Assembly: GCA_020718105.1 (NCBI GenBank)
Contig: DYDA01000005.1
Location: 13,436 to 77,435 of the forward strand
Direction of reading: 5' to 3'
Length of the DNA: 64,000 bases
Source of the DNA: Micavibrio sp.
Lineage (GTDB): Bacteria; Pseudomonadota; Alphaproteobacteria; UBA9219
This document shows positions 1 to 12,472 of the stretch, piece by piece; the stretch's first letter is position 1, and each line of letters opens with the position of its first letter. A program made the translations under genes and the position numbers. A model generated the notes under the pieces. That model was not told where the DNA came from and did not search any database. It saw nothing but the letters and a program-made list of their open reading frames with translations.

Positions 1-1106
1 CTTTCACGCGCATCTATTCCGGCACGATTACGGCGGGAAGCTATGTGCAAAACACCATTAAGGGCGCTCGTGAACGCATTGGCCGTATGCTCCTTATGCA
101 TGCCAACACGCGTGAAGAATTGAAAGAGGCGCATGCTGGCGATATCGTCGCGCTGACCGCTTTGAAAGATACCAAGACGGGCGACACGCTTTGCGACACA
201 GCGCATCAGATCGTTTTGGAAAAGATGGAATTCCCCGATCCCGTTATTGAAATGGCGATTGAGCCTAAATCAAAGGCGGATCAAGATAGAATGACGAATG
301 CTCTGCTCCGTTTGGTGCAAGAGGATCCTTCCTTCCGTCTGGCCGTCAATCATGAAACGGGGCAAACGACGATCAAGGGCATGGGCGAACTTCACCTTGA
401 GATCAAGGTCGATATTCTGCGCCGTGCGCCTTACAACTGCGAAGTGATCGTGGGTGATCCTCAAGTGGCTTACCGTGAAACCATCACGCGTAAAGCAACC
501 ATCGATTACACGCATAAAAAGCAGTCGGGTGGTTCAGGCCAGTTTGCGCGTGTCATCATCGATTTCGAGCCTGTTGAAGCTGGCCTTGGGTACAGCTTTG
601 AGGCCAAGGTTGTCGGCGGTTCTGTGCCTAAGGAATACATTCCGGGCGTTGAAAAGGGCTTGGCCGGTTCTTTGGATAACGGCGTTATCGCTGGGTTCCC
701 GACCATTGACTTTAAGGCGACGCTTACGGATGGCGCTTATCACGATGTTGACTCATCGGCGCTGGCTTTCGAAATTGCGGCTCGCGCTGCGTTTAAGGAA
801 GGCATGCAGAAGGCGGGTCCCGTTCTTCTTGAGCCGATCATGAAGGTCGAAGTCGTGACGCCCGAAGATTATATGGGCGACGTGATTGGCGATTTGAACA
901 GCCGTCGTGGTCAGATTTCCGGCATGGATACACGCGGCAACGCGAATGTCGTGAACGCGATGGTTCCTTTGGCCAACATGTTTGGTTACGTCAACCGCTT
1001 GCGGTCAATGACACAAGGGCGCGCTCTGTTCACGATGGAGTTCGATCACTATGAACAAGTCCCCGCGCAGGTCGCGCTGGAAATAAAGGCCAAGCTGGCA
1101 GGTTAA
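1..1106 (+). CDS. fusA: Elongation factor G, C-terminal part (5' end outside the window)
   Basis: The reading frame is open to the window start (codon phase from nt 3). The translation ([45 protein letters not shown]) matches EF-G domains III-V. It is followed by tuf, as in the str operon. Confidence 0.95.
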   Translation, partial: FTRIYSGTITAGSYVQNTIKGARERIGRMLLMHANTREELKEAHAGDIVALTALKDTKTGDTLCDTAHQIVLEKMEFPDPVIEMAIEPKSKADQDRMTNALLRLVQEDPSFRLAVNHETGQTTIKGMGELHLEIKVDILRRAPYNCEVIVGDPQVAYRETITRKATIDYTHKKQSGGSGQFARVIIDFEPVEAGLGYSFEAKVVGGSVPKEYIPGVEKGLAGSLDNGVIAGFPTIDFKATLTDGAYHDVDSSALAFEIAARAAFKEGMQKAGPVLLEPIMKVEVVTPEDYMGDVIGDLNSRRGQISGMDTRGNANVVNAMVPLANMFGYVNRLRSMTQGRALFTMEFDHYEQVPAQVALEIKAKLAG

Positions 1107-1164
1107 TCAGGGTAACAAGTTTTGGGTTGAGTTAAAGAAGTCCTTCAACGTAGGAGAAGAAAAA

Positions 1165-2352
<1,188 letters not shown>

Positions 2353-2472
2353 TCGATTAAGATAAATCGGGGCGGTCGGGTCTTGATGGCCCGACCCACC
2401 CTTAATAACGAATAACACTAAGCGTTGGCTCGCCGGAGCCTTTCGGCTTCGAGCGACGAAAGAGGTTTTTGA

Positions 2473-2781
2473 ATGGACACGCAAACGATACGCATCCGCC
2501 TTAAGGCGTTTGATCATCGCATGCTGGATCAATCGGTCAGCGAGATCATCAGCACGGCTAAGCGCACAGGTGCGCGCGTGCGCGGGCCAATCCCGCTGCC
2601 GACATGGCGTGAATGCTTTACGGTCAACCGTGGTCCCCACGTTGATAAAAAGTCACGCGATCAGTTCGAGATTAGGACTCATCGCCGCCTTTTGGATATT
2701 TTGGAGCCTACGCCTCAGACCATTGACGCTTTGTCAAAGATTGATCTGGCCGCTGGCGTTGATGTTGAGATTAGAGTTTAA
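2473..2781 (+). CDS. rpsJ: 30S ribosomal protein S10
   Basis: 102 aa with [14 protein letters not shown]. First gene of the S10 operon, directly after tuf. Confidence 0.97.
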   Translation: MDTQTIRIRLKAFDHRMLDQSVSEIISTAKRTGARVRGPIPLPTWRECFTVNRGPHVDKKSRDQFEIRTHRRLLDILEPTPQTIDALSKIDLAAGVDVEIRV

Positions 2782-2848
2782 GTTTTTGTCGTAATTGCTT
2801 GATTTTAAAATAAACAAGCAAAAGCGATTGAGAAAGAGGAAGAAAGTG

Positions 2849-3571
2849 ATGATAAAATCAACTGTGTCAAGGCGTACGGGAGTGCTGGCGACTAAGCTTG
2901 GCATGACCCGCCTATTCGATGAAACCGGCAAGCATGTGCCCGTCACGGCTTTGCTCCTTGACTCGTGCCAAGTTGTTGGCGTGCGCACCATGGAACAAGA
3001 CGGCTATACCGCTGTTCAAGTTGGCGCGGGCACGGCCAAGGTTAAGAACGTCACAAAGGCGCTGCGTGGTCATTATGCCAAGGCTTCCGTTGAGCCTAAG
3101 AAAAAGCTGGTTGAGTTCCGCATCAGCGACGATGCCATGCTTGAAATCGGCGCTGAGTTGTCGGCTTCGCATTTTATCGTCGGCCAAAAGGTTGATGTCA
3201 CGGCTGTGACAATCGGTAAGGGCTTTCAAGGCGGCATGAAGCGCCATAACTTTGGCGGCCTTCGCGCCTCGCACGGTGTGTCGGTTTCGCATCGTAGCCA
3301 TGGTTCAACCGGTCAGCATCAAGATCCAGGCCGCGTGTTCAAGGGCAAGAAAATGGCAGGCCACATGGGCGCGACGCAAGTGACGACGCAAAATCTGCGT
3401 GTTGCTTTGGTTGACGCTGAACAAAACTTGGTTTTTGTTGTTGGGGCCGTTCCGGGCTGCGAAGGCGCTTTTGTTCGCATTCGTGATGCCGTGAAAAAGG
3501 TTCTTCCTAAAGAAGCGCCAATGCCTGCGGGTGTAAAGGTCAAGACCGTTGATGCTGGTCAGGCCGCTTAA
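2849..3571 (+). CDS. rplC: 50S ribosomal protein L3
   Basis: [15 protein letters not shown]... is L3. I chose the internal ATG at 2849 (MIKSTV...) because the K/R-rich 18 aa upstream in the ORF track look like a read-in artefact. Confidence 0.93.
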   Translation: MIKSTVSRRTGVLATKLGMTRLFDETGKHVPVTALLLDSCQVVGVRTMEQDGYTAVQVGAGTAKVKNVTKALRGHYAKASVEPKKKLVEFRISDDAMLEIGAELSASHFIVGQKVDVTAVTIGKGFQGGMKRHNFGGLRASHGVSVSHRSHGSTGQHQDPGRVFKGKKMAGHMGATQVTTQNLRVALVDAEQNLVFVVGAVPGCEGAFVRIRDAVKKVLPKEAPMPAGVKVKTVDAGQAA

Positions 3572-3592
3572 GAGAATGATGGGAAAAGAGCG

Positions 3593-4213
3593 ATGAAAGC
3601 GACAGTTAAAAATCTAGATAACAAGGACGTGGGATCGATCGAGATGCTCGATTCGGTTTACGCCGTTGAACCGCGCCGTGATATCTTGACCCGCATGGTC
3701 AATTGGCAGCTTGCCAAGCGCCGTTCGGGCAACCATGCCACGAAGGGGATCAGTGATATCAACGGCACGACCAAGAAGCCTTGGGCGCAAAAGGGCACGG
3801 GGCGCGCTCGTCAAGGGTCTCTTCGTTCGCCTCAATTCCGCAAGGGCGCCACAATCTTTGGTCCCGTGGTTCGCGATCACGCGCACGATATGCCTAAGAA
3901 GGTGCGTGCTTTGGCTCTTCGCATGGCTTTGTCATCCAAGCAAATGGAAGGCAAGTTGATCATCATCGATGAAGCCAAAATGGCCGATTTGAAGACAAAG
4001 GCTTTGGCTGTGAAGTTGAACAACATGGGGTTGTCTCATGTTCTGTTCATCGACGGATCAAACCTTGACACCAACTTTGTTCTTGCTGCGCGTAACATTC
4101 CGCATGTGGATGTTTTGCCAGAGCAGGGCGCTAACGTCTATGACATCCTTCGCTGTGACATCTTGGTCATGACCAAGAACGCGGTTGAACAGCTGCAAGA
4201 GAGGCTGAAATGA
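3593..4213 (+). CDS. rplD: 50S ribosomal protein L4
   Basis: 206 aa with [16 protein letters not shown]. Sits in the conserved S10 operon position. Confidence 0.96.
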   Translation: MKATVKNLDNKDVGSIEMLDSVYAVEPRRDILTRMVNWQLAKRRSGNHATKGISDINGTTKKPWAQKGTGRARQGSLRSPQFRKGATIFGPVVRDHAHDMPKKVRALALRMALSSKQMEGKLIIIDEAKMADLKTKALAVKLNNMGLSHVLFIDGSNLDTNFVLAARNIPHVDVLPEQGANVYDILRCDILVMTKNAVEQLQERLK

Positions 4214-4527
4214 GCACGAAAGTAACAGAAACAAAGATCACGCCGAATGATTATCTGGTCATCTTGTCGCCCGTGATTACGGAAAAAGCGACGAATGGCT
4301 CGGCTCATAATCAGGTGACGTTTCGCGTCGCGGATACGGCGACCAAGCCCGTCATTCGCTCGGCCGTTGAAAAGCTGTTTAATGTGAAGGTCAAGGCGGT
4401 CAATACGCACAATCGCAAGGGTAAAGCCAAGCGTTTTAAGGGGCGTATGGGACAGCGCAGCGATCAGAAATTTGCCGTCGTCACGCTTGCCGCAGGTGAC
4501 AAGATTGATATCACGACGGGTCTTTAA
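4210..4527 (+). CDS. rplW: 50S ribosomal protein L23
   Basis: 105 aa with the [10 protein letters not shown] motif. Has a 4-nt overlap with rplD. Confidence 0.95.
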   Translation: MSTKVTETKITPNDYLVILSPVITEKATNGSAHNQVTFRVADTATKPVIRSAVEKLFNVKVKAVNTHNRKGKAKRFKGRMGQRSDQKFAVVTLAAGDKIDITTGL

Positions 4528-4544
4528 GGGTTGAGGATAGGAAC

Positions 4545-5390
4545 ATGGCACTTAAGAAATATAACCCCATAACGCCAGGCCTTCGGCAGGTTGTTCAAAC
4601 CGACCGCAGCCAACTGTGGAAGGGCAAGCCCGTCAAGACTTTGACGGAAGGCTTGAACAAATCGGGCGGACGCAATAACAAGGGACGTATCACAACGCGT
4701 CATATTGGCGGCGGTCACGCTCGTCGTTATCGCTTGGTTGATTTCAAGCGTACCAAGATGGATATGGCGGCGGTTGTTGAGCGTATGGAGTATGATCCTA
4801 ATCGCACAGCCTTTATCGCGCTGATCAAGTATGAAGACGAAACACAGTCTTACATTCTTGCGCCGCAGCGTTTGAATGTTGGCGATAAGGTTATCTCGGG
4901 CGAAAAAGTTGACGTCAAGCCTGGTAACGCCATGCGCCTTAAAAGCATTCCCGTGGGCACGATTGTTCACAATGTTGAAATGCGTCCCGGTAAGGGCGGC
5001 CAGTTGGCGCGCAGCGCTGGAACGTATGTTCAAATTGTGGGCCGTGATGCGGGTTATGCTTTGATCAAGCTTTCCTCTGGTGAACTTCGTAAGGTTCCGC
5101 AGGATTGTATGGCGACGATTGGCTCTGTTTCCAATGCGGATCACGGCAACGTGAAGCTTGGCAAGGCTGGTCGCAAGCGTTGGCTGGGCGTTCGCCCGAC
5201 CGTTCGCGGTGTTTGTATGAACCCTGTTGATCACCCTCATGGTGGCGGCGAAGGTCGCACCTCTGGCGGTCGTCATCCTGTTTCCAAGTGGGGCAAGGGC
5301 GCTAAGGGAACCAAGACGCGCACCAACAAGAGCACGGATAAGTTTATTGTTCGCCGCGCGAATAAGCGCCGCGATGCACAGAAGAAATAA
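4545..5390 (+). CDS. rplB: 50S ribosomal protein L2
   Basis: 281 aa with [17 protein letters not shown] and [13 protein letters not shown] motifs. Confidence 0.97.
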   Translation: MALKKYNPITPGLRQVVQTDRSQLWKGKPVKTLTEGLNKSGGRNNKGRITTRHIGGGHARRYRLVDFKRTKMDMAAVVERMEYDPNRTAFIALIKYEDETQSYILAPQRLNVGDKVISGEKVDVKPGNAMRLKSIPVGTIVHNVEMRPGKGGQLARSAGTYVQIVGRDAGYALIKLSSGELRKVPQDCMATIGSVSNADHGNVKLGKAGRKRWLGVRPTVRGVCMNPVDHPHGGGEGRTSGGRHPVSKWGKGAKGTKTRTNKSTDKFIVRRANKRRDAQKK

Positions 5391-5405
5391 GAGGGAGAGC
5401 ACAAC

Positions 5406-5684
5406 GTGACACGTTCAGTTTGGAAAGGCCCGTTTGTTGACGGTTATATGCTGGGGAAAGCCGAAAAGGCTCGCGCCTCTGGTCGTAATGACATCATCAA
5501 AACGTGGTCGCGTCGTTCAACGATCTTGCCGCAGTTTGTCGGCCTGACGTTTGGCGTTTACAACGGCAACAAGTTTTTGCCTGTGTCCGTGTCCGAAAAC
5601 ATGATCGGCCACAAGTTTGGCGAGTTTGCCCCCACCCGTACCTTTAAGGGTCATACGGGCGCGGACAAGAAGACGAAGAAGTAA
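5406..5684 (+). CDS. rpsS: 30S ribosomal protein S19
   Basis: 92 aa, GTG start, with SVWKGPFVD and [16 protein letters not shown]. Confidence 0.96.
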   Translation: MTRSVWKGPFVDGYMLGKAEKARASGRNDIIKTWSRRSTILPQFVGLTFGVYNGNKFLPVSVSENMIGHKFGEFAPTRTFKGHTGADKKTKK

Positions 5685-5697
5685 GGGGAAGTAACTA

Positions 5698-6198
5698 ATG
5701 AGTAAGCCCAAAACAGAAAGACGTTTGCCAGCTGATCAGGCGATGGCGAAAGCCTCGGCGATCCGTACAGGCGCGCGCAAGCTCAATGTGGTGGCCGCCA
5801 GCATTCGCGGCCTTGGCGCAGCGACGGCCATGACGCAGCTGACCTTTGAAAAGCGCCGCATCGCGCAGGACGTGAAAAAGGTTTTGCAAGCGGCGATTGC
5901 GAATGCCGAAAACAATCATTCTTTGGACGTTGACCGTTTGGTCGTGGCCGAGGCTTTTTGTGGCCGCGCTTTTGTGATGAAGCGCATGCACACACGCGGT
6001 CGTGGCAAAAGCGCCGGCATTGAAAAGCCCTTTAGCAACCTGACCATCATTGTGCGCGAGCGCAAAGAGGGTGAAGTGGATGCCAAGAAGGAAGCGCGTC
6101 GTTTGCGTGGTCTTTCCAAAAAAGAAGGCGTTCAAACGGGCGCAGCAGTGAAAAAAGCAACAACCAAAAAGACAGCGCAAGCTGTGACGGGGGCTTAA
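5698..6198 (+). CDS. rplV: 50S ribosomal protein L22 with a long K-rich C-terminal tail
   Basis: The L22 core is [18 protein letters not shown] ... [20 protein letters not shown]. At 166 aa it is about 40 aa longer than usual (tail [32 protein letters not shown]). Confidence 0.94.
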   Translation: MSKPKTERRLPADQAMAKASAIRTGARKLNVVAASIRGLGAATAMTQLTFEKRRIAQDVKKVLQAAIANAENNHSLDVDRLVVAEAFCGRAFVMKRMHTRGRGKSAGIEKPFSNLTIIVRERKEGEVDAKKEARRLRGLSKKEGVQTGAAVKKATTKKTAQAVTGA

Positions 6199-6201
6199 GC
6201 C

Positions 6202-6885
6202 ATGGGTCAGAAAGTCAATCCAATCGGGATGCGTATCGGCGTTAATCGTACGTGGAACAGCCGTTGGTTCGCGGACAAAGATTATGCCGATAAATTGCAT
6301 GAAGATTTGAAGATCCGCAGCTATTTGATGAAAAAGCTGGGGCCTCAAGCCAGCGTTGCTCAAATCACGATTGAGCGTCCCTCTGGCAAGTGCCGCGTGA
6401 CGATCCATTCGGCTCGTCCGGGTGTCGTCATCGGTAAAAAAGGCGCGGACATTGAGAAGTTGCGCGGCGAGATTGCCAAGATGACAACGGCAGAAGTGGC
6501 ACTCAATATCGTTGAAATCCGCAAGCCTGAAATTGATGCCAAGCTTGTGGCCGATAATATCGCCAGCCAGTTGGAACGTCGCATTGCTTTCCGTCGCGCT
6601 ATGAAGCGCGCCGTGCAATCCGCTCTTCGTTTGGGCGCTTTGGGTATTCGTATCAATTGCTCCGGTCGTTTGGGCGGTGCTGAAATTGCGCGTATGGAAT
6701 GGTATCGCGAGGGTCGCGTTCCTTTACACACGCTTCGTGCGGATCTGGATTATGGCGTTGCGACGGCTCACACCACCATGGGGGCTTGCGGCGTGAAGGT
6801 TTGGATCTTTAAGGGCGAAATCCTTGATCATGATCCGATGGCGCAAGAGAAACGCGCTTTGGAAAATGCTCCGGTTCGCTCATAA
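6202..6885 (+). CDS. rpsC: 30S ribosomal protein S3
   Basis: 227 aa starting [18 protein letters not shown], with a KH domain. Confidence 0.97.
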   Translation: MGQKVNPIGMRIGVNRTWNSRWFADKDYADKLHEDLKIRSYLMKKLGPQASVAQITIERPSGKCRVTIHSARPGVVIGKKGADIEKLRGEIAKMTTAEVALNIVEIRKPEIDAKLVADNIASQLERRIAFRRAMKRAVQSALRLGALGIRINCSGRLGGAEIARMEWYREGRVPLHTLRADLDYGVATAHTTMGACGVKVWIFKGEILDHDPMAQEKRALENAPVRS

Positions 6886-6913
6886 GACTCAAGATTTTTA
6901 AGGGTAGGTTAAC

Positions 6914-7327
6914 ATGTTGTCACCAAAACGTACTAAGTACCGCAAGGCTCATAAGGGGCGCATTCACGGTGCGGCTAAAGGCGGCTTTCGTCTGAACTTT
7001 GGGGCTTTTGGCCTTAAGGCTATGGAGCCAGAGCGTATCACGGCGCGTCAGATCGAGTCCGCTCGTCGTGCCATCACGCGTGCGATTAAGCGTCAGGGGC
7101 GTCTTTGGATTCTGGTTTTTCCAGATGTGCCTGTTTCTAAGAAACCTGCCGAAGTACGCATGGGATCGGGTAAGGGATCGACTGAGTATTGGGCTTGCCG
7201 CGTTCATCCGGGACGCATCATGTTTGAGTTGGATGGCGTTCCTGAAGCCGTGGCCAAACAAGCGTTTTTGTTAGCCGCTGCTAAGTTGCCCATTAAGACA
7301 AAGTTTGTGCAGCGCGAAGCGGCATAA
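6914..7327 (+). CDS. rplP: 50S ribosomal protein L16
   Basis: 137 aa starting [16 protein letters not shown]. Confidence 0.97.
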   Translation: MLSPKRTKYRKAHKGRIHGAAKGGFRLNFGAFGLKAMEPERITARQIESARRAITRAIKRQGRLWILVFPDVPVSKKPAEVRMGSGKGSTEYWACRVHPGRIMFELDGVPEAVAKQAFLLAAAKLPIKTKFVQREAA

Positions 7328-7352
7328 GAGAAAAGAATAAAGGAGCCTGATC

Positions 7353-7574
7353 ATGGCAAAGACACAAGTTAAAGCCGCCGATGTGCGCATGAAGACTGAT
7401 AAGGAACTAGAAGATCGTCTGCTTGAGTTGCGTAAAGAGCAGTTCAATCTTCGTTTTCAGAAGGCGACGGGTCAGCTTGCCAATACGGCTCGCGTGACTG
7501 CGGTTCGTAAGGAAATTGCCAAGATCATGACCGTGATCAGTGAACGTCAACGTCAAGCCGGTTCGGCTGCGTAA
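7353..7574 (+). CDS. rpmC: 50S ribosomal protein L29
   Basis: 73 aa with [17 protein letters not shown]. Confidence 0.94.
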   Translation: MAKTQVKAADVRMKTDKELEDRLLELRKEQFNLRFQKATGQLANTARVTAVRKEIAKIMTVISERQRQAGSAA

Positions 7575-7596
7575 GGGAAAGAGTGAGGGACTGAAG

Positions 7597-7848
7597 ATGC
7601 CACGTCGCGTATTGCAAGGAACCGTCGTTAGTGACAAGGGTGATAAAACCATCACCGTGCTTGTTGAGCGTCGCGTTATGCACCCGATCTATAAGAAATA
7701 CATTCGCACGTCAAAGAAGTACGCTGCGCATGATGAAAAGAACAGCTGCAAGGAAGGCGATTCCGTTTCGATTATCGAATGTCGCCCGATCAGCAAGCGT
7801 AAGAGCTGGACTGTTGTTGATGAGACAACGGATCAAAGTGGTAAGTAA
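7597..7848 (+). CDS. rpsQ: 30S ribosomal protein S17
   Basis: [21 protein letters not shown]... I chose the ATG at 7597 because the ORF-track start at 7540 overlaps rpmC. Confidence 0.94.
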   Translation: MPRRVLQGTVVSDKGDKTITVLVERRVMHPIYKKYIRTSKKYAAHDEKNSCKEGDSVSIIECRPISKRKSWTVVDETTDQSGK

Positions 7849-7877
7849 GTAACTTTAGTGTGGAAGTGGATTAAGCC

Positions 7878-8246
7878 ATGATTCAAATGGAATCCGTTCT
7901 CGATGTTGCGGACAACAGTGGAGCCAAAAAGGTTCTCTGTGTGAAAGTACTCGGTGGATCAAAGCATATGGTCGCAGGTGTCGGCGATATTATTGTTGTC
8001 TCAATCAGAGAGGCGATCCCCCGTGGTCGCGTCAAGAAAGGCGACGTTCATAAAGCCGTGATCGTGCGTCAAAAGTATGCGATTAAGCGCGACGATGGTA
8101 GCGTTATTCGTTTTGACCGTAACGCCGCTGTTTTGATCAACAAGGATAAGGAGCCGATTGGCACGCGTATCTTTGGGCCGGTGACGCGTGAGCTTCGCAC
8201 CTTGGGCTTTATGAAGATTATCTCGCTCGCGGAAGAGGTGTTGTGA
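7878..8246 (+). CDS. rplN: 50S ribosomal protein L14
   Basis: 122 aa starting [18 protein letters not shown]. Confidence 0.97.
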   Translation: MIQMESVLDVADNSGAKKVLCVKVLGGSKHMVAGVGDIIVVSIREAIPRGRVKKGDVHKAVIVRQKYAIKRDDGSVIRFDRNAAVLINKDKEPIGTRIFGPVTRELRTLGFMKIISLAEEVL

Positions 8247-8575
8247 TGTCCGTTAAGATTAAAATGAAAATCAAGAAGAACGACAACGTGATTGTTCTTG
8301 CTGGTAAGGATAAGGGCAAGACCGGCATGGTCAAGATGGTGATCCCATCTGAAAACCGCGTTGTCGTTGTCGGCGTTAATCGTGTGACTCGTCATACGAA
8401 GCCTTCACAAACGGATCCGCAGGGTGGTCGCAAGCAAGTTGAGGCGCCTCTTCATGCCTCTAACGTCGCGCTGATCGATCCTAAAGACAACAAGGCGACC
8501 CGCATTAGTATCAAAGTCGGCAAGGATGGCGCAAAGACGCGTCATGCCAAGCGTTCCGGCGAAGTGATTGAGTAA
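8243..8575 (+). CDS. rplX: 50S ribosomal protein L24
   Basis: 110 aa with a KOW motif ([16 protein letters not shown]). The exact start among the first Met codons is uncertain. Confidence 0.93.
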   Translation: MMSVKIKMKIKKNDNVIVLAGKDKGKTGMVKMVIPSENRVVVVGVNRVTRHTKPSQTDPQGGRKQVEAPLHASNVALIDPKDNKATRISIKVGKDGAKTRHAKRSGEVIE

Positions 8576-8591
8576 GGAAGAGAGAAAAGCC

Positions 8592-9158
8592 ATGACGGCC
8601 AAAGCCAAAGAAAAATACGTACCGCGCCTTCAGCGCCATTATAACGACGTTGTTTTGCCAGAGATGATGAAATCGCAGGGGTATACCAACCGTTTGCAAG
8701 TTCCTCGTCTTGAGAAAATCGTCATTAACATGGGCGTGGGCGAGTCTGTGAACGATAGCAAGAAGGTCAAAAGCGCCGCAGAGCAGCTTACCTTGATCGC
8801 CGGACAACGGCCTGTCGTGACCAAATCGCGCAAGGCCATCGCCAGCTTTAAGCTGCGCGCCGGTCTTGGCATCGGTTGTAAGGTGACGTTGCGCCGCGAA
8901 AAGATGTACGAGTTCATGGATCGTTTGGTCAATATCGCGATGCCTCGTATTCGCGATTTCCGTGGCATTTCGTCCAAAAGCTTTGATGGCGCTGGCAACT
9001 ATGCCATGGGCTTAAAAGAACAGATCGTTTTCCCCGAAATCGATTTCGATAAAATTGACGAAATTCGTGGGATGGACATCGTGATTTGTACGACGGCCGA
9101 GACGGACAGTGAAGCCCTTGCGCTATTGCGTGGGTTTAACATGCCGTTCCAAAGTTAA
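8592..9158 (+). CDS. rplE: 50S ribosomal protein L5
   Basis: Contains [15 protein letters not shown]. The ATG at 8592 follows an AAGGAAG SD. The ORF-track start at 8568 overlaps rplX and is the alternative. Confidence 0.93.
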   Translation: MTAKAKEKYVPRLQRHYNDVVLPEMMKSQGYTNRLQVPRLEKIVINMGVGESVNDSKKVKSAAEQLTLIAGQRPVVTKSRKAIASFKLRAGLGIGCKVTLRREKMYEFMDRLVNIAMPRIRDFRGISSKSFDGAGNYAMGLKEQIVFPEIDFDKIDEIRGMDIVICTTAETDSEALALLRGFNMPFQS

Positions 9159-9173
9159 GGGAAGGGAAGAGTA

Positions 9174-9479
9174 ATGGCCAAAAAGTCGATGATTGAAAAA
9201 AATGACCGCCGCCGCCGCCTGTGTAAGCAAAAGGCTGTGACGCGCACGGCTCTGAAAGCGCAAATCATGGATAAGGAGACATCCATGGAAGACCGCTTTG
9301 AGGCTGTGATGAAGTTGGCGAAGATGCCACGCAACTCAGCCAAGGTTCGCATTCGCAACCGTTGTGAGTTGAGCGGCCGTCCTCGCGGTTATTATCGCAA
9401 GTTTAAACTTTCGCGTATCGCGCTTCGCGAACTGGCCTCATCGGGTCAGCTCCCTGGCGTCATCAAGTCGAGCTGGTAA
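9174..9479 (+). CDS. rpsN: 30S ribosomal protein S14 (long, 101 aa form)
   Basis: Contains [26 protein letters not shown]. Sits in the spc operon position. Confidence 0.96.
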   Translation: MAKKSMIEKNDRRRRLCKQKAVTRTALKAQIMDKETSMEDRFEAVMKLAKMPRNSAKVRIRNRCELSGRPRGYYRKFKLSRIALRELASSGQLPGVIKSSW

Positions 9480-9493
9480 GGAGGATTTGGGAC

Positions 9494-9892
9494 ATGTCGT
9501 TTACCGATCCAATTGGAGATATGTTGACACGCATTCGCAACGGACAGATGGCCAAGCTGCCAGTTGTCGATTGCCCGTCGTCATCATTCCGCAAACGTGT
9601 TTTGGAAGTTCTGCAACGCGAGGGTTACATTCGCGGGTTTTCCGAAATGCAAAAAGGGAAGGGCCATCCGGTTCTTGCCATTGAACTGAAGTACCATGAT
9701 GGCATGGGCTGTATCCGGAAAATTGACCGTGTGTCAAAGCCGGGACGCCGCGTTTATGCCGGAATCAAGGACTTTGGTCGTGTGTTTAACGGTTTGGGCA
9801 TCTCGATTCTGTCAACACCGCAAGGCGTTCTTTCGGATAACGAAGCGCGCACGCAAAATGTTGGCGGCGAGATTCTTTGCCGAGTATTCTAA
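9494..9892 (+). CDS. rpsH: 30S ribosomal protein S8
   Basis: 132 aa starting MSFTDPIGDMLTRIRNG. Confidence 0.97.
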   Translation: MSFTDPIGDMLTRIRNGQMAKLPVVDCPSSSFRKRVLEVLQREGYIRGFSEMQKGKGHPVLAIELKYHDGMGCIRKIDRVSKPGRRVYAGIKDFGRVFNGLGISILSTPQGVLSDNEARTQNVGGEILCRVF

Positions 9893-9911
9893 AGGAAGTT
9901 GAGGTTCAATT

Positions 9912-10445
9912 ATGTCGCGCATTGGAAAACATCCCGTTCAGCTGCCGCAAGGCGTCACGGCTGAGATTAAGGCGGGGTCTGTCACGGTTAAGGGCAAGCT
10001 TGGCACGCTGAATTTGTCTTATACGGCTGACGTTGAAGTTAAGCTGGCCGATGGGCAGCTTGTCGTCACGCCTGCCCAAGAAACGACCAAGGCTCGTATG
10101 ATGTGGGGCACTGTGCGCAACAATTTGGCCAATATGGTCAAGGGCGTGAGCGAGGGCTTTAAGAAGGTTCTTGAGATCGAGGGCGTTGGTTTCCGCGCCG
10201 CGATGCAGGGCAAGGAGCTTGTTTTGCAGCTTGGGTTTAGCCACGAAGTGCGCTATCCCTCGCCGGATGGAATTGAGATTAAGGCCGAGAAGCCAACCGT
10301 TCTTTCGATCAGTGGGTTTGATCGTCAAAAAGTTGGACAGGTTGCTGCCGAAATCCGTAGCATGAAGAAGCCAGAGCCTTATAAGGGTAAAGGCATCAAA
10401 TATGCCGGTGAGCGCATCCGCCGTAAGGAAGGCAAGAAGAAATAA
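9912..10445 (+). CDS. rplF: 50S ribosomal protein L6
   Basis: 177 aa starting MSRIGKHPVQLPQGV, with PEPYKGKGIKY. Confidence 0.97.
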   Translation: MSRIGKHPVQLPQGVTAEIKAGSVTVKGKLGTLNLSYTADVEVKLADGQLVVTPAQETTKARMMWGTVRNNLANMVKGVSEGFKKVLEIEGVGFRAAMQGKELVLQLGFSHEVRYPSPDGIEIKAEKPTVLSISGFDRQKVGQVAAEIRSMKKPEPYKGKGIKYAGERIRRKEGKKK

Positions 10446-10544
10446 GGGCTTTTCTTAAGCAAGCCATCGCAAGCTTAGGCGAAAACCTTATCCCCGTGAA
10501 AGCAGGGATCCAAAGTTTAGAAAAAAGATAAAAGGTATCATACC

Positions 10545-10907
10545 ATGTTGAACTCAAAAGAACTGCACGAACGCCGCAAGACGCGCACGCGCTATCAGAT
10601 TAAGAGAAAGGCCGAAGGCCGCGCTCGCCTCTCTGTTCATCGCACGGGCGAAAACATTTATGCGCAGGTTATCGATGACGTTAAGGGCGTGACGATTGCT
10701 GCTGCCTCAACGCTTGATGCCGATCTTCGCAAAACACTGAAGACGGGGGCGGATAAATCGGCCGCCGCTGCTGTGGGGAAATTGGTTGCGGAACGCGCTA
10801 AAAAGGCCGGTTATACGCAGGTTGTTTTTGATCGTGGCGGTTATGTTTTCCATGGTCGTGTAAAAGAATTGGCCGATGCTGCACGCGCTGCAGGGCTTGA
10901 CTTCTAA
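10545..10907 (+). CDS. rplR: 50S ribosomal protein L18
   Basis: 120 aa with [18 protein letters not shown] and [20 protein letters not shown]. Confidence 0.96.
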   Translation: MLNSKELHERRKTRTRYQIKRKAEGRARLSVHRTGENIYAQVIDDVKGVTIAAASTLDADLRKTLKTGADKSAAAAVGKLVAERAKKAGYTQVVFDRGGYVFHGRVKELADAARAAGLDF

Positions 10908-10942
10908 GTAATATGTCTCGATAGGGAGCTTAAGGAAAAAAC

Positions 10943-11506
10943 ATGGCGAAGCCAAAGAAATCAGATAATGCGGAAGACCGCGAAGGCAGTGACTTGATCG
11001 AAAAGTTGGTGGGCATTAATCGTGTCGCCAAGGTCGTCAAGGGTGGTAAGCGTTTTGCCATGGCTGCGTTGGTTGTCATCGGTGATGGCAAAGGTCGCGT
11101 TGGCATCGGCACGGGCAAAGCTCGTGAAGTGCCCGAGGCTATTCGCAAAGCAACGGAAGCTGCCAAGCGCAAGATGCGCCGCATTCCTTTGCGTGAAGGT
11201 CGCACTTTGCATCACGATGTGCGCGGCGTTTATGGCGCTGGCAAGGTTGTTCTTCGTGCGGCGCCTGCCGGTACGGGTATTATCGCCGGTGGTCCTATGC
11301 GTGCGGTTTTCGAAGCGCTCGGCATTCAAGACGTTGTGGCAAAGTCGGTTGGAACATCCAATCCTCATAACATGATCAAGGCGACTTTTAATGCTTTGGA
11401 TCAAGTGTCCAGCCCTCGCGCTGTGGCCATGCGTCGCGGCAAGAAGGTGAGCGATATTCTGGGCCGCAAAGGCGACGCAGCTGCCGCTGAAACCAAAGAA
11501 GCGTAA
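10943..11506 (+). CDS. rpsE: 30S ribosomal protein S5
   Basis: 187 aa with [30 protein letters not shown]. Confidence 0.97.
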   Translation: MAKPKKSDNAEDREGSDLIEKLVGINRVAKVVKGGKRFAMAALVVIGDGKGRVGIGTGKAREVPEAIRKATEAAKRKMRRIPLREGRTLHHDVRGVYGAGKVVLRAAPAGTGIIAGGPMRAVFEALGIQDVVAKSVGTSNPHNMIKATFNALDQVSSPRAVAMRRGKKVSDILGRKGDAAAAETKEA

Positions 11507-11530
11507 TTTTTGTTTTTCTAAGAAGTGGTT

Positions 11531-11791
11531 ATGACGATGGAAACCAAGACAGCAAAGACGGCGGCTCCTGCCGCTAAAAAGACAGTCGCTAAGAAAACCG
11601 CTAAAGGCAAGACCTTGGTTGTTGTTCAACATGGCAGCATGACGTGTTTGCAAGCCGCTGCGCGTGGAACGCTTGTTGGCCTTGGCCTTGGCAAGCCTCG
11701 CTCACGCCGCGAACTTGAAGATACACCGGCTGTACGGGGCATGATCCGCAAGGTGCGTCATCTTGTCACTGTTGAAGGCGAAGACGCTTAA
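11531..11791 (+). CDS. rpmD: 50S ribosomal protein L30 with a Lys/Ala-rich N-terminal extension
   Basis: The C-terminal 55 aa ([33 protein letters not shown]) are L30. They are preceded by [22 protein letters not shown]. The start could be 11525 (GTG), 11531 or 11537. Confidence 0.9.
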   Translation: MTMETKTAKTAAPAAKKTVAKKTAKGKTLVVVQHGSMTCLQAAARGTLVGLGLGKPRSRRELEDTPAVRGMIRKVRHLVTVEGEDA

Positions 11792-11832
11792 GAAGCATCA
11801 AGATTTTAGTTTAGGAAAAAAGGACGACTATC

Positions 11833-12327
11833 ATGAAACTCAACGATTTGCGCGATAACCCAGGGGCACGCAAGAACCGGACTATCGTTGGACGCGGTAT
11901 CGGTTCGGGCAAAGGCAAAACCTGCGGCAGCGGCGTTAAGGGTCAAAAGTCTCGCACGGGCGTGGCCATTCGTGGGTTTGAAGGCGGGCAAATGCCGCTT
12001 CATCGTCGCTTGCCAAAACGCGGTTTTAAGACGATGTTCCCCAAAGATTATGCCGAATTGAACATTGGCCGCTTGCAAGAAGCGATTGAAGATGGCCGCG
12101 TTGATATCAAGACGGTTATCACAGAAGATAAGCTTCTTGAAATCGGCTTGGTATCAAAATCAAAGGATGGCGTTCGTTTGCTGGCCAAAGGTTCTCTCAC
12201 GACTAAGATTGAAATTGCCGTTGCGGGGGCGTCTGTGTCCGCTATCGCCGCCGTTGAAAAGGCTGGCGGTAAGGTAACGATTCTGGCCGTCAAGAAAGAA
12301 GCCGTCAAGAAAGTGAAAGCTGCCTAG
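11833..12327 (+). CDS. rplO: 50S ribosomal protein L15
   Basis: 164 aa starting [16 protein letters not shown], with [16 protein letters not shown]. Confidence 0.97.
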   Translation: MKLNDLRDNPGARKNRTIVGRGIGSGKGKTCGSGVKGQKSRTGVAIRGFEGGQMPLHRRLPKRGFKTMFPKDYAELNIGRLQEAIEDGRVDIKTVITEDKLLEIGLVSKSKDGVRLLAKGSLTTKIEIAVAGASVSAIAAVEKAGGKVTILAVKKEAVKKVKAA

Positions 12328-12382
12328 TATCATCTGCAAGGCTTCTTAAACTTGACGATTAAAATAAGTGAGAAGATATTTG

Positions 12383-12418
12383 AAAAGGTGGCGTATTTCA
12401 TGCGCCGCCTTTTCTCTT
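12383..12418 (+). terminator. Rho-independent terminator after rplO
   Basis: AAAAGGTGGCG-tatttcatg-CGCCGCCTTTT forms an 11-bp stem (one G-U pair) followed by a T-rich tract. Confidence 0.7.
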
Positions 12419-12472
12419 GAATCCAGTCTCAGTGTTGAAACGCTTTGAAAAAAACAATAAGGAAAATGGACC

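Noticed and set aside
4524-6618. Long antisense ORFs (292 aa and 307 aa) opposite rplB and rplV-rpsC. Similar ones lie at 10961-11653 and 12536-13237.
   Set aside because: They are typical stop-poor antisense frames of GC-rich third-position genes, with no SD and no family resemblance. They fully overlap well-supported genes.
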